A stretch of 64,000 nt of DNA from assembly GCA_951406725.2 (NCBI GenBank), contig OX597824.1, forward strand, positions 75,082,001 through 75,146,000, in the 5' to 3' direction. This DNA is from Octopus vulgaris (taxonomy: Eukaryota). Every line of letters starts with the position of its first letter. The first letter of the stretch is position 1. Positions 63,282-64,000 of the stretch are shown here, in pieces. The notes below the pieces were generated by a model. That model was not told where the DNA came from. It saw nothing but the letters and a program-made list of their open reading frames with translations, and did no database searches. A program made the position numbers and the translations under genes.

Positions 63282-63810
63282 TCAGTGGATCATAAATCCA
63301 AAAAAGAAGCACAGTCTAAAAGTTAGAAGAATAATGTGTTTACATGAAGTGAAATATATGCCCAGTCATATAATATCCAATGGTTTTGCATCCATAATGT
63401 GCTCAACTTTATAGATGATTTGTCAGACTCCAATGGCCACGGGCATATGACCTCTCTTCAAACTGGAGGTAGAAAACCGTTACAGTCAATTTGTGAACAA
63501 AAAGAATAATATACACTATCTGAACCTTTAACAGAACAAGTGATCTTCCTTAGACTGACCAGATTAGCAAATCTTATGGACCTAAAGGGTGAACATATAA
63601 AGATATATATATTGTGTACTGGGGCATATATTTTACTGTGGTAAAGAAGTTTGTTTCAGAACTACATGCTTCTGAGTTCAATCCTGATCATCTAAATGAT
63701 GTTAGGGTACAAATATATGAAACCCAATATACCTATTACGATTACCTGTCTAATGAGGGTAAACCAGGCACATGCATCACAACCATATGTGCATTATATG
63801 GTGACCTTGA

Positions 63811-64000
63811 AGGCGGCAAGCTGGCAGACATGTTAGCGAGCCAGGTGAAATGCTTAGCAGTATTTCGTCTGTCGTTACGTTCTGAGTTCAAATTCCGCCG
63901 AGGTTGACTTTATCTTTCGTCCTTTCGGGGTCGATAAATAAAGTGCCAGTTTCACACTGGGGTCGATGTAATCAACTTAATCCCTTTGTCTGTCCTTGTT
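63811..64000 (+). mobile_element. SINE A, cut by the window end
   Basis: Consensus match. Confidence 0.9.

Overview
This is an AT-rich, gene-poor eukaryotic genomic window, most likely from a coleoid cephalopod (Octopus-like). That assignment is an inference from the repeat families and the extreme microsatellite load. No intact host protein-coding gene is recognisable, and nearly all ORF-track entries are translations of (TA)n/(GT)n/(GATA)n/(GAT)n/(AAT)n repeats or of SINEs. The window is a nested mosaic of mobile DNA. Retroelements include several tRNA-derived SINE families, a decayed Penelope-like element (RT plus GIY-YIG), R4/Dong, RTE, Tx1-like and CR1/L2-like LINE fragments, and a solo LTR. 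DNA elements include mariner, hAT, Chapaev3-like, piggyBac-like and Helitron elements and MITEs. The most notable items are: (i) a foldback element with an exact 8-bp TSD and a (TTAGGG)n telomeric core, inserted into the Penelope ORF; (ii) eight minimal hammerhead-ribozyme-like motifs in three short non-coding families, one with a recurring CUGUNGA variant core and one fused to a tRNA-like head; (iii) a ~165-bp dimeric higher-order satellite; (iv) TAA-targeted Dong and non-autonomous retroposons; (v) a ~500-bp monomer family with a covarying hairpin. A possible minus-strand terminal exon lies near 52.2 kb. All calls were made by eye, and boundaries without a TSD are approximate.
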